Source of the DNA: Patescibacteria group bacterium
GTDB lineage: Bacteria; Patescibacteriota; Patescibacteriia; JAHJFT01
NCBI GenBank assembly: GCA_028710985.1
Contig: JAQTTB010000001.1
Location: 587,014-651,013, forward strand
Direction of reading: 5' to 3'
DNA length: 64,000 bases
In this document: one piece after another, positions 9,019-17,567 of the stretch
Numbering within the stretch: position 1 is the stretch's first letter
Layout: every line of letters starts with the position of its first letter
Position numbers and translations under genes: made by a program
The notes under the pieces: model-generated
What the model saw: only the letters and a program-made list of their open reading frames with translations
What the model was told of the DNA's origin: nothing
Database searches by the model: none

Positions 9019-9104
9019 AAAAAATCCTCTCGTAAGAAAGGTTTTTTTGTTTTAACAAAGAATCCCGACTTTCGTCGGGATTCTCTTAAGATCGAGCTAT
9101 CCAA

Positions 9105-9284
9105 TTAGTATTGTCTTGGAGGTCGATTTTTTCGCATTTCGCGATGGCAGTCTTTGCAGAGCAGCCGATCGAGACGGGCCGGATCCGGTTCAAAAGGCAG
9201 TTCTGTGATCTCGGCTCCGCATTTGGAGCAGACCCAGGTGCCCTTGAACATCTGGCGCGGTGCGAAATTGTTGTCGCTGTACAT
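9105..9284 (-). CDS. small CxxC-x20-CxxC zinc-ribbon protein (59 aa; not in the ORF track)
   Basis: Minus-strand translation MYSDNNFAPRQMFKGTWVCSKCGAEITELPFEPDPARLDRLLCKDCHREMRKNRPPRQY; resembles the CxxC-x17-CxxC small protein family. Confidence 0.5.
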   Translation of the reverse strand: MYSDNNFAPRQMFKGTWVCSKCGAEITELPFEPDPARLDRLLCKDCHREMRKNRPPRQY

Positions 9285-9498
9285 TTTCGTTGACCTTATG
9301 TTTTGCTCTTCTTAACCATCCAAGACATTAATATATGTAAATATATAATACGGATTATTAAGCTTACGCAAAACTTATGAATTATGAGCCTATTATAGCA
9401 CAATAGTCCATATCTGTCAAGCCGCCGCGGGGCGCTCGCTGTTGATTCGCGCAATTGGCGTATCAAGTCTTTTCGGATATAATAATAACATATTTTTT

Positions 9499-11205
9499 AT
9501 GTCAGCGATTTTCATACAACTAAGTTTGGTTTTGGCCGTGGCAGTGGCGGCTTCACTCATCATGAGGTTACTGCGTCAACCGCTCATCATCGGCTATATC
9601 ATCACCGGCATCATCGTCGGGCCGATGGTCCTGGGTTTGGTGCGGCAGGGCGATTCGATTGAGGCGTTTGCCCACATCGGGGTCGCACTGCTTCTTTTTA
9701 TTGTCGGCTTGGGGCTTCATCCTAAAATGATTCGCGATGTCGGGGGAGTGGCGGTGGTGACCGGACTCGGACAGATTATATTTACCACGGTCATCGGCTG
9801 GGTAATCGGTGTTTTGCTCGGCTATGCGTCGCTCACCGCGCTATATCTTGCGTTCGCTTTCACGATGAGCAGCACCATTATTATTTTGCGCCTCTTGCAT
9901 GCCAAGGAAGACCAGGATACACTCTACGGCCGGATTGCCATCGGATTCCTTCTGGTGCAGGACTTTGTCGCCATGATTGTTTTTATGGTTCTTGCGAGCG
10001 CGCGTGGTGGCGGTCCACCCGAAATGCTGATTCTTTCCGTGTTTTTGAAAATCGTAGTTGTTGTTGCCGTGCTCTTGATGCTGGTCAAGTTCATCGTGCC
10101 GCTCATCGACCGTTTCTTGGCGCCGAGCAGCGAGTTATTATTTATTTTTGCGATCAGCGTTTGTTTTATTTTCGCCAGCCTATTTGAATATTTTGATTTT
10201 TCTCGCGAACTCGGCGCGCTCGTTGCCGGTTTGGCGCTTTCGTTTTCGCCCTGCCACCGCGAAATGGCGACGCGGCTCAAACCGCTCCGGGATTTTTTCC
10301 TGGTCGCATTTTTTATCGTGCTCGGCGCGGGTATGAGCCTTGTTGATATTGAAAAATCAATCCCCATGATCGTGTTTTTTTCGGCATTCATACTGATCGG
10401 CAATCCGCTTATTGTCTATCTCATAATGACGTGCATGGGTTATACCAAGAAAACCAGCTTTTTCGCCGGGCTCACGGTCGCGCAGATCAGTGAATTCTCG
10501 CTTATACTTCTCGGCATGGGCGTGTCTCTTGGCCACATTCCGGCAAGCATCGTCGGGCCGGCAACCGTGGTTGGCGTTCTCACGATCGGCATCTCTACTT
10601 ACATGATAATGCACAATCACACCCTGTATCGCATTTTGGAAAGATTTCTTTCATTCCTTGCGCCGTGGCATAAACCGACGCGGGAAAAAGGCGCCGCATT
10701 CCGCCCTAAAAAGATTGACGTTCTTGTTCTCGGCAGCCATCGCCTGGGTGGCGGCATCGTGAATATGCTCAAAGAGCTGAAAGTAAATTTTCTAGTTATT
10801 GATCACGATCCGCTGGTTATTCACGCGTTGGAAAAACAAAAAGTTCCGGCCGTCTTCGGCTCGGCCGACGATATTTCGTTTTTGGATCATCTTCCGCTCA
10901 AAGAGACGCGCCTCATTATTTCAACCATACCTGACGTTGAGACAAATGAATTCTTGGTTCATTATGCCAAGACCGCCGCGCCAGCGGCCAATGTTGTCTG
11001 CGTGGCCAATCATGCGTCGCACGCCAAGAATTTATATGACGCCGGTGCCGCCTATGTGGTAATGCCGCCGTATCTTGGCCGAAAATATATTATTGATCTC
11101 GTGAAGCGAAATCGTTTGGATCCGTCAAAATATCGTGAAGAAAAAGCCTGCCACATTAAAGATTTAAGATACATTGGAAACGGTGCGAATTCGGACGGGG
11201 ATTAG
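9499..11205 (+). CDS. Kef-type K+/H+ antiporter (CPA2) with C-terminal RCK/TrkA-N domain
   Basis: About 12 TM helices then Rossmann motif VLVLGSHRLGGGIV. Confidence 0.8.
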   Translation: MSAIFIQLSLVLAVAVAASLIMRLLRQPLIIGYIITGIIVGPMVLGLVRQGDSIEAFAHIGVALLLFIVGLGLHPKMIRDVGGVAVVTGLGQIIFTTVIGWVIGVLLGYASLTALYLAFAFTMSSTIIILRLLHAKEDQDTLYGRIAIGFLLVQDFVAMIVFMVLASARGGGPPEMLILSVFLKIVVVVAVLLMLVKFIVPLIDRFLAPSSELLFIFAISVCFIFASLFEYFDFSRELGALVAGLALSFSPCHREMATRLKPLRDFFLVAFFIVLGAGMSLVDIEKSIPMIVFFSAFILIGNPLIVYLIMTCMGYTKKTSFFAGLTVAQISEFSLILLGMGVSLGHIPASIVGPATVVGVLTIGISTYMIMHNHTLYRILERFLSFLAPWHKPTREKGAAFRPKKIDVLVLGSHRLGGGIVNMLKELKVNFLVIDHDPLVIHALEKQKVPAVFGSADDISFLDHLPLKETRLIISTIPDVETNEFLVHYAKTAAPAANVVCVANHASHAKNLYDAGAAYVVMPPYLGRKYIIDLVKRNRLDPSKYREEKACHIKDLRYIGNGANSDGD

Positions 11206-12446
11206 GGGCCGGGTAGATATTTTATATCTTCGGTTTTCTCCGGCGCGTTCACCGATTTTCTGAATCCGACGCGCTCGGGTGCGTTGTCCGCGGTGCCGTG
11301 CATGCGGCCGCGGTAAACCGAATATTCGCCGAATTTATCATTGATATCGTCAAGCGCCTCGGTGAGGCGTTTTTTCTTTATGGCATCATCCCAGAATTCC
11401 ATCTGCCCGCTCCAGGGCCGGAGATCGGCCGCGGTTACCGCGAGCATGGTAACCTCGGAGCGCAGATTGTCGCGAAGCGCACGGAAAGAGATTTTCCAGA
11501 TGTCCAGACTGTCATAAACCGGCTGGGGTGTGCGGATATATTTATAATCCCCGAATTTGTATTTATACGACCAGCCGATATATATTTTCCCGGCCGCGCG
11601 GCCGGACTCGCGCAGGCGTCGGCCGGTTTTCTCACAGAGCTTCATGAGGATATTGCCCAAATATTCAGGATCCCGCGTGGCAAACGGCAGGCAGTACGAG
11701 TGGCCGATTGATTTTGGCGCGCGCTGCGCGTCCGGATCCACAACTTCGATCTCTTCGCCGTGGATTTTTGCCCAAAGATAATAACCCGGCCGGCCCATCG
11801 ACTGCATGAGGTTGGTTGGGGAGAAATTGTAGAGGTCGATCAGATTTAGGATGCCGAGCCGGTTAAGCCGTACCGCGATCCGGGTATTGATTCCCCAGAC
11901 ATCGGTGAGTTTCATGTCATTGTAGATGTTGGGAATGTCATCCGGCCGGATGATGCTCAGGCCGTCCGGTTTTTTAAATTCTGATGCCACTTTCGCGAGA
12001 AAGCGTGTAAATGAAATGCCGATTGAGCAGGAGAGCCAGCTGCCGATTTCTGAGTGGATGCGCCGCTTAATATCCCTGGCCATGCTTTCAACGGATGTAT
12101 AGTCCGCGGCATGGCCGGTGAGATCCAAAAATGCCTCGTCAATGCTGTATGGTTCCACGATCGGCGTATAATCTTTGAAAATTGAAAAAATGCCCTGGGT
12201 GACGAAGCGGTATTTAATCGGGTCGCATTGCACAAGCTCGATTCTGGGTACGAGTTTTTTTGCGTCGCCGGCAATTGTGCCGGTCTTTACCCCAAATGCT
12301 TTCGCTTCGCGGCTCGCGGCAATAATGCAGCCGTTTTTTGAAACATACGCGCAAACGCCAACCGGCTTGCCGCGCAGATGCGGATTGGCCTGCTGTTCGA
12401 CCGAGGCAAAATACGAATTCATGTCCGCGTGCATGACGATCCGCAT
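11202..12446 (-). CDS. dinB: DNA polymerase IV (Y-family translesion polymerase)
   Basis: MRIVMHADMNSYFASVEQ... UmuC/DinB N-terminus, palm and little-finger regions. Confidence 0.85.
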   Translation of the reverse strand: MRIVMHADMNSYFASVEQQANPHLRGKPVGVCAYVSKNGCIIAASREAKAFGVKTGTIAGDAKKLVPRIELVQCDPIKYRFVTQGIFSIFKDYTPIVEPYSIDEAFLDLTGHAADYTSVESMARDIKRRIHSEIGSWLSCSIGISFTRFLAKVASEFKKPDGLSIIRPDDIPNIYNDMKLTDVWGINTRIAVRLNRLGILNLIDLYNFSPTNLMQSMGRPGYYLWAKIHGEEIEVVDPDAQRAPKSIGHSYCLPFATRDPEYLGNILMKLCEKTGRRLRESGRAAGKIYIGWSYKYKFGDYKYIRTPQPVYDSLDIWKISFRALRDNLRSEVTMLAVTAADLRPWSGQMEFWDDAIKKKRLTEALDDINDKFGEYSVYRGRMHGTADNAPERVGFRKSVNAPEKTEDIKYLPGP

Positions 12447-12467
12447 GTTTCAATATAAAATTTATAT

Positions 12468-12716
12468 TTATCCGTCGGTGTAGATTTCTACGAGCCGCCA
12501 CTCCAGTGTTTCGGTGTCAAATTTTAATTTAAAATAATTCAGCGGGTCGGAGACTGAAAAATAAAAAATTTTCTTGCTGCCTTCGCGCACGCTGTGGATC
12601 AGATTCACCTGCTTAATATCGTATTTTTTGCCGTTCCATTTCATTAGCCACGGCATGGCGCGGTTATTCCGGAACGCGACCAGCACATCCACGGGTTCGT
12701 CAACGAGATCGTACAT
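12468..12716 (-). CDS. small protein of the lexA-dinB operon (82 aa), possible Y-polymerase accessory factor
   Basis: ORF between lexA and dinB on the same strand; no family recognised. The YolD-like suggestion rests only on position. Confidence 0.4.
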   Translation of the reverse strand: MYDLVDEPVDVLVAFRNNRAMPWLMKWNGKKYDIKQVNLIHSVREGSKKIFYFSVSDPLNYFKLKFDTETLEWRLVEIYTDG

Positions 12717-12836
12717 AAATCAGCTCTTCATTGAACAGGGCGAGCATTATGGCGCGGTAGGCTTTTTTAACTTTTCTCCGGTAGATTAATATTTTTTTCA
12801 TATTTTTTATTTTGGCCGCATGTATGCGGCCATTAC

Positions 12837-13463
12837 TTAAATCGCTTGGAACTTTCTCACTACCGCCTTCACCACGCCCTGTACAATCAAATCTTTTACA
12901 TAGATAGGCTGCATTGCGGAATTCGCCGGCTGGAGGCGGATGCGGCCGGCTTCGCGGTAAAATCGTTTTAGCGTGGCATAGGCGTTGTCCAAAAGCGCGA
13001 CCACCACATCGCCGTTTTTGGGCGATGGATTGCGCTCCACGATAACATAATCTCCGTCTAGGATGCCGTCCTCAATCATTGATCTGCCCTTGACGCGGAG
13101 AATGTACGAGTTGGCGCCGTCCACCACGATGTCCGCCGGTACGGCCATGGTCTCGCGCTCCTCGACCGCTTCAATCGGTTCGCCGGCCGTAATTAGCCCG
13201 GCAAGCGGCAGGGCAATGGCGCGGGAAAGATTTAGCATGCCGGCCGCGGGTTCAAGGCCGCGGATTTTTTCCGGTTTGATTTTCAAAAATCCTTTGTCGC
13301 GCAAATTCTGCAGATGTTCATGGACCGTGGCCGGCGAGGAGAGATTAAGCTCTTCGGCGATCTCGCGCACCGAAGGGGACAAGCCGTTATCCTTGATATA
13401 ATTCAAAATAAAATCGAGAACCCCTTTTTGTTTCTTTGTAATATTTTGCAACTTTTTTGCCAT
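12837..13463 (-). CDS. lexA: LexA repressor (S24 peptidase)
   Basis: N-terminal wHTH (GLSPSVREIAEELNLSSPATVHEHL), cleavage region, VKGRSMIEDGILDGDYV. Confidence 0.9.
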   Translation of the reverse strand: MAKKLQNITKKQKGVLDFILNYIKDNGLSPSVREIAEELNLSSPATVHEHLQNLRDKGFLKIKPEKIRGLEPAAGMLNLSRAIALPLAGLITAGEPIEAVEERETMAVPADIVVDGANSYILRVKGRSMIEDGILDGDYVIVERNPSPKNGDVVVALLDNAYATLKRFYREAGRIRLQPANSAMQPIYVKDLIVQGVVKAVVRKFQAI

Positions 13464-13468
13464 ATTGT

Positions 13469-13546
13469 TGAATCATGAATTAGGAATCATGAATCAGGAA
13501 TAAAGTTGCTTGGCAAGCCCCTGATTCCTGATTCATAATTCTTTAT
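13469..13546. repeat. Repeat family A: ~78-bp imperfect palindrome (gaatcatgaatcaggaat ... attcctgattcatgattc) directly upstream of lexA
   Basis: Arms gaatcatgaattaggaatcatgaatcaggaa / cctgattcctgattcataattc around a ~20-nt centre; further copies at 17449 and 33557. Confidence 0.75.
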
Positions 13547-13675
13547 TCTCTTGTTAAGACTAAAGATACTAAATTGAAATAATACGTCACTTATCCACAG
13601 CCTTGCTGGTATGCATATATTATATACCGAACAAAAACCGAACACAAGATGCTTGTCAAGCCCCGGACCATTCTA

Positions 13676-13704
13676 TTGACAGGATATGGCCAAAAGTGTA
13701 AGCT
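13676..13704 (+). promoter_or_regulatory. sigma70-like promoter (TTGACA-17-TAAGCT) for the 13745 gene
   Basis: ttgaca ggatatggccaaaagtg taagct; AGGAGG RBS at 13730-13735. Confidence 0.5.
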
Positions 13705-13744
13705 CAAAAGTCATCAACGTACTTTGAATAGGAGGACGACGAAA

Positions 13745-14713
13745 ATGGAAAACGGGGATAAGGCTATCGGTTCAAGCCAAGAGGATCCGGCCATTGATTT
13801 TAATTCTGCTTATCGCTGGTTCAAGGCTCTGATAATTGCCGGCGCCACCAAGCGCGACGCCGAAAAAATCATCAACGATCCGGATATGGCGAAGCGGCTA
13901 GTGGACTGGATGCGCAGCGGTCATCACTTGGCCGCCCCGCCAGCCGGCTATAAGCCGAGCCAGCCGCCGCCGGCATCCACCCGTCGCGTGGCGCTTGACA
14001 TTGAGCGCATGTATGATATTGATGAGCTTTTCGACGCTCCGGGCATGCGTGTGGAGCCGGCACTGCAGGTTGAGCGCTGGCGCGAACTCAACGCCGACGC
14101 TCGTCTCAATCTCTGCATCGACGAAGAGCACTTCAGGAGAATCCCTGTGCCGCCGCAGCGCCACCAGGACGATGTGCCGGTTGGCATGTCAGAAATTGCT
14201 CTGTGCTACGGTTTCGGTTTCGATGATGGTGGCAACGCCGATCTGGTAGAAAGCCTGCGGCGCTCTTGGCACATTCTAAAGTATCGCTTGGACAGGGGTT
14301 TAAAAATTGGTGTTTCCACGCCCTTCAAGATGAACGTAGACTATTTCCATCTGCGCCCCAATGCGGCGCCGCGGCCGCCTGGCTTCTTCTGGGCGAAGAT
14401 TCAGCTCGGCTGGCTCTATCAGGGACACTCTCTGGAGCTCGCGTTTCAGCGTATGTATCGCGGCGAAACCGCCATGGCACACGAGCCGCTCCAGATATTC
14501 AGCGTGACGCATCCCCAGCTCCTCGAGGAGTTTGACGGCGTGCGCATACCGTTTCTCATGCTCGGCGGATTCATGCTCGCGCCAAATGGCAACGGCGATT
14601 TCTCGAATCCCCGGATCGCCCCGCTTCTCAAGCGGCGACACGGTGATCTGGTATTGGAGGAGGGTCTGGAGATCCCGCATTCTCAGATCGGCCTCGCCAC
14701 CATGCGCATGTAG
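13745..14713 (+). CDS. hypothetical protein (322 aa), ORFan, GC-rich, own promoter/RBS/terminator
   Basis: ORF with AGGAGG 9 nt upstream of ATG 13745; no recognised domain. The longer ORF-track start 13649 would place the promoter inside the CDS. Confidence 0.5.
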   Translation: MENGDKAIGSSQEDPAIDFNSAYRWFKALIIAGATKRDAEKIINDPDMAKRLVDWMRSGHHLAAPPAGYKPSQPPPASTRRVALDIERMYDIDELFDAPGMRVEPALQVERWRELNADARLNLCIDEEHFRRIPVPPQRHQDDVPVGMSEIALCYGFGFDDGGNADLVESLRRSWHILKYRLDRGLKIGVSTPFKMNVDYFHLRPNAAPRPPGFFWAKIQLGWLYQGHSLELAFQRMYRGETAMAHEPLQIFSVTHPQLLEEFDGVRIPFLMLGGFMLAPNGNGDFSNPRIAPLLKRRHGDLVLEEGLEIPHSQIGLATMRM

Positions 14714-14717
14714 CCTA

Positions 14718-14767
14718 GACGGGAAAAATTAGGTTCACCCGACCTGATTCTTCCCGTCATTTTTTTA
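14718..14767 (+). terminator. rho-independent terminator
   Basis: gacgggaa...ttcccgtc hairpin followed by TTTTTTT. Confidence 0.5.
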
Positions 14768-14788
14768 TTATGGTATACTATATATGTT

Positions 14789-15322
14789 ATGGACTGGGGC
14801 AAAATCACAAGCTATGTCACAAATATTAACTGGGCTAATCCGACCTGGGATTTGTTCATTGTTCTGTTTTTCATTGTCGGCGCCCTGCTTTACGGCCTGT
14901 CGCTCGGCCGGGACCGCATCATCGTGATTCTGGTAAGTATTTACATGGCTCTTGCCGTGGTCACTAACGCGCCGTATATCAAGGGATTCAACGCCGAGTT
15001 CACCATCAATCAGGGCTTTGTCCTGCGCATCGGATTTTTTCTTGGGATTTTCGTGGTATTATTTTTCCTGCTTTCGCGGAGCGCGCTTTTGCGAACCCTG
15101 GGCTCAGATTCGGCCGGCGCCTGGTGGCAGGTGATTGTTTTCAGCTTTTTGCAGTGCGGGCTCATGATCTCTGTGACACTCGCGTTTTTGCCAACCGGCA
15201 CAACTAGCAATCTTTCGCCCTTCATCCAGCAGGCATTTCTTTCTGATCCGGCGCGTTTTTGCTGGCTTGTTCTGCCCATTGTCATGATGGCCGTGGCGCG
15301 GGGCAAGAAAAAAGAGATATAG
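14789..15322 (+). CDS. integral membrane protein (multi-TM), unknown function
   Basis: Four to five hydrophobic helices. Confidence 0.5.
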   Translation: MDWGKITSYVTNINWANPTWDLFIVLFFIVGALLYGLSLGRDRIIVILVSIYMALAVVTNAPYIKGFNAEFTINQGFVLRIGFFLGIFVVLFFLLSRSALLRTLGSDSAGAWWQVIVFSFLQCGLMISVTLAFLPTGTTSNLSPFIQQAFLSDPARFCWLVLPIVMMAVARGKKKEI

Positions 15323-15336
15323 GCTATCCAATAATT

Positions 15337-15525
15337 ATGGACGGCACGGAACGAAAAAACATTAAACCGGGAACCCCGGTTTTTATTGTTAAGAAAGACG
15401 ACCAGCCCACCGGCAAGTTGACCCGCGGCATTGTCAAAGATATTCTGACGAGCGCGTCCGTGCACCCGCGCGGCATCAAGGTGCGGCTGGAATCCGGCGA
15501 AGTGGGGAGAGTGCAGATTGTATAA
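15337..15525 (+). CDS. YwbE-family small protein (62 aa)
   Basis: GKLTRGIVKDILTSASVHPRGIKVRLESGEVGRVQ matches the YwbE signature. Confidence 0.6.
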   Translation: MDGTERKNIKPGTPVFIVKKDDQPTGKLTRGIVKDILTSASVHPRGIKVRLESGEVGRVQIV

Positions 15526-15537
15526 ATAAAAATAGCT

Positions 15538-16467
15538 ATGAAGAAAATCATCATTTTATTCAGCGCAATTTTACTTCTCGCCGGCGCCGGGTGCGGGAGC
15601 GGTGAGATTGTTTTGCCGACGCGCGAATCAAAAATACCGGCCGGCGCGGTCAAGATGGCGCCGGAAACCGATGTTGCTCCGCCGGAATTAAAATTAGATG
15701 ATTATTTTCCGCCCGTGCCGGTTGCCGGACCGGTTAATACGGCCGGCGGCGAGGATTCGCCTTTTTACGATCCGGAAAGCGATTCATTGTATTTCTTTTT
15801 TACGCCCGACGTGAGCGTGCCGGTGGAAAAACAAATCATTGACAACGTCACCGGCATCTATGTTTCAAAAAACATTGACGGCGAGTGGCAGGCGGCCGAG
15901 CGCGTGCTTCTCAATGATCCCGGGCAAGCCGGTTCCGACGGCTGCGAGTTTGTTCTGGGAAACAAGATGTGGTTCTGCGCGGTGCGCCAAGGCTACGCCG
16001 GCATCCACTGGTTTACCGCGGAATTTAAAAATAACAGATGGCAGAATTGGCGGCTCGCGGATTTTAATCAGGATTATAAAGTCGGAGAACTGCACATCAC
16101 CGCCGACGGCAAGGAGTTGTATTTTCATTCTGATCGCAATGGGGGAAGGGGCGGCTTGGATATTTGGGTTTCAAAAAATATTGACGGCGCGTGGCAGGAG
16201 CCCGAGAATGTCGCGGCCATAAATTCATCGCGCGATGAAGGCTGGCCCGCGCTCTCGCTCGACGGCAATGAGCTCTGGATTACCAAAGACTATGGAATCT
16301 GGCGGTCAAAAAAAATAAATGGCGAGTGGCAAGCCCCGGAACTTATCGTCTCATCCTTAGCGGGCGAAGCCACCATCGACGCGGACGGCAATGTTTATTT
16401 CGTGCATCATTATTATAAAGATGACAAAATGATTGAAGCGGATATTTATTTTCTTGAAAAAAAATGA
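15538..16467 (+). CDS. TolB-like beta-propeller (PD40-repeat) lipoprotein
   Basis: Lipobox LLAGAGC; repeats such as YFHSDRNGGRGGLDIWVS. Confidence 0.7.
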   Translation: MKKIIILFSAILLLAGAGCGSGEIVLPTRESKIPAGAVKMAPETDVAPPELKLDDYFPPVPVAGPVNTAGGEDSPFYDPESDSLYFFFTPDVSVPVEKQIIDNVTGIYVSKNIDGEWQAAERVLLNDPGQAGSDGCEFVLGNKMWFCAVRQGYAGIHWFTAEFKNNRWQNWRLADFNQDYKVGELHITADGKELYFHSDRNGGRGGLDIWVSKNIDGAWQEPENVAAINSSRDEGWPALSLDGNELWITKDYGIWRSKKINGEWQAPELIVSSLAGEATIDADGNVYFVHHYYKDDKMIEADIYFLEKK

Positions 16468-16489
16468 ACGGGACATCGCTGTCTCGTTC
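16466..16489 (-). terminator. rho-independent terminator for the 16488-16733 gene
   Basis: Hairpin gaacgagacagcgatgtcccgttc followed by T8 on the minus strand. Confidence 0.5.
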
Positions 16490-16733
16490 AGGCTAGCGCC
16501 GCGCTCCGGCCGTGAGTGAGGTTGATGACATTGAAGTAGCCTTCCTCGGCGGCGTACTGGATGGCCGCTCGGCGCAGGCGGATGATGGCTTTGGCCACAT
16601 CCTCGGGTCCGCATTCGTCCTCCACTAGGAGAAGCGGCTGCTGCGGCGGGTGCAGTTCGAACGGCACCTGGTCAGAAAAAAGGCTTGCCCAGATGCGGCT
16701 CTGGTGCGTGTAGATGAGGATTGAGAGCTTCAT
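16488..16733 (-). CDS. hypothetical protein (81 aa), ORFan cassette with textbook expression signals
   Basis: AAGGAGG 6 nt upstream of ATG; promoter TTGACA-17-TAAAAT at 16769-16797 (minus strand); own terminator. Confidence 0.5.
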   Translation of the reverse strand: MKLSILIYTHQSRIWASLFSDQVPFELHPPQQPLLLVEDECGPEDVAKAIIRLRRAAIQYAAEEGYFNVINLTHGRSAALA

Positions 16734-16768
16734 GATTTACCTCCTTGTTAGTTGCTCTGCAATAAAAT

Positions 16769-16797
16769 ATTTTAGCACAAATTAAAAGAATTGTCAA
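16769..16797 (-). promoter_or_regulatory. sigma70-like promoter (TTGACA-17-TAAAAT)
   Basis: Minus-strand ttgaca attcttttaatttgtgc taaaat. Confidence 0.5.
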
Positions 16798-16817
16798 GGC
16801 ATAGCGAGTCTTTTTTG

Positions 16818-16851
16818 TAAAAAATCCCCCGTTCGTGGAGGGGATTTTTTA
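16818..16851. terminator. bidirectional rho-independent terminator
   Basis: aaaaatcccc gttcgtg gaggggatttttt. Confidence 0.55.
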
Positions 16852-16860
16852 GTACCGATT

Positions 16861-17457
16861 CTATTGGTAGATGATAACCTCGCTTGCCGTGAATTCGGCC
16901 GCGTCTTTTATATTCGTTTCGGCCTTGACCGTAATGCGTCCGCCTTGCTCAATATCTTCAAACTCAGCCGGCGTATCATTGTATAAGGTTGGTGGCTCGG
17001 GGGGAGTTTGGTTCGCGGCGAGGGCGTTCATTTTTTTATTAAACGCCTCTTGTTCGGCGTCAAATTTTTCAGTGTCCTTTTCCGTGCGTATAATGAAGGT
17101 TGTCGCCGAGTCGGTTCGGACAATACGCGAAATGTTCTCGCGACTCGCGAGCGGATTGTCGGACAGCGGTTCGGCCGTAATGGTGAGCGCGCCGGCGCTG
17201 GCGTTTATATTCGTGATTGTGCCGGAGATCGCCATGATTTCCTCGGGTTCAGGCGCGAACAGGCCGGAAGCGTCAACCGCCTCTTTGGCCGCCTGCCAGG
17301 CCGTGGTATATCCCAGATTGAACGCGTCTTTGGCGGACTTTTGCCCCCAGAACAGGCCGGTGAGAAAAGCGGCGGCCAGAATAATTAGGGTACATATTGC
17401 AAAAAGCAGTAATTTCGTGCCAGCTAAGATTTTTTGTTCCATATTGATTTTAATCAT
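16861..17457 (-). CDS. membrane-anchored hypothetical protein (N-terminal TM)
   Basis: TM helix LLLFAICTLIILAAAFLTGLFWG then a soluble domain; the mirror plus-strand ORF is judged spurious. Confidence 0.55.
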   Translation of the reverse strand: MIKINMEQKILAGTKLLLFAICTLIILAAAFLTGLFWGQKSAKDAFNLGYTTAWQAAKEAVDASGLFAPEPEEIMAISGTITNINASAGALTITAEPLSDNPLASRENISRIVRTDSATTFIIRTEKDTEKFDAEQEAFNKKMNALAANQTPPEPPTLYNDTPAEFEDIEQGGRITVKAETNIKDAAEFTASEVIIYQ

Positions 17458-17491
17458 GAATTAAGTACTATATTCCTGATTCCTGATTCAT
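17449..17491. repeat. Repeat family A copy (ttaatcatgaatta...cctgattcctgattcata)
   Basis: Shares the 18-mer cctgattcctgattcata with 13521-13538. Confidence 0.7.
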
Positions 17492-17567
17492 ATTATACCG
17501 CCTTCTTGCCCATTTGGTAAGCGGTTCCTTCTATGATATAATAAAATAAATTTATTAAACATCATTT

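Noticed and set aside
13469-13546. CRISPR array interpretation of the gaatcaggaatca-type and gaattcgaaatt-type repeats
   Set aside because: The units are short (10-12 bp), degenerate and directly abutting or inverted. They lack regular 30-40-bp spacers, and no cas genes are present.
16871-17464. Plus-strand 197-aa ORF mirroring the minus-strand gene 16861-17457
   Set aside because: It is the antisense ORF of a membrane-anchored protein gene. The minus-strand product has a clear TM helix and start context.
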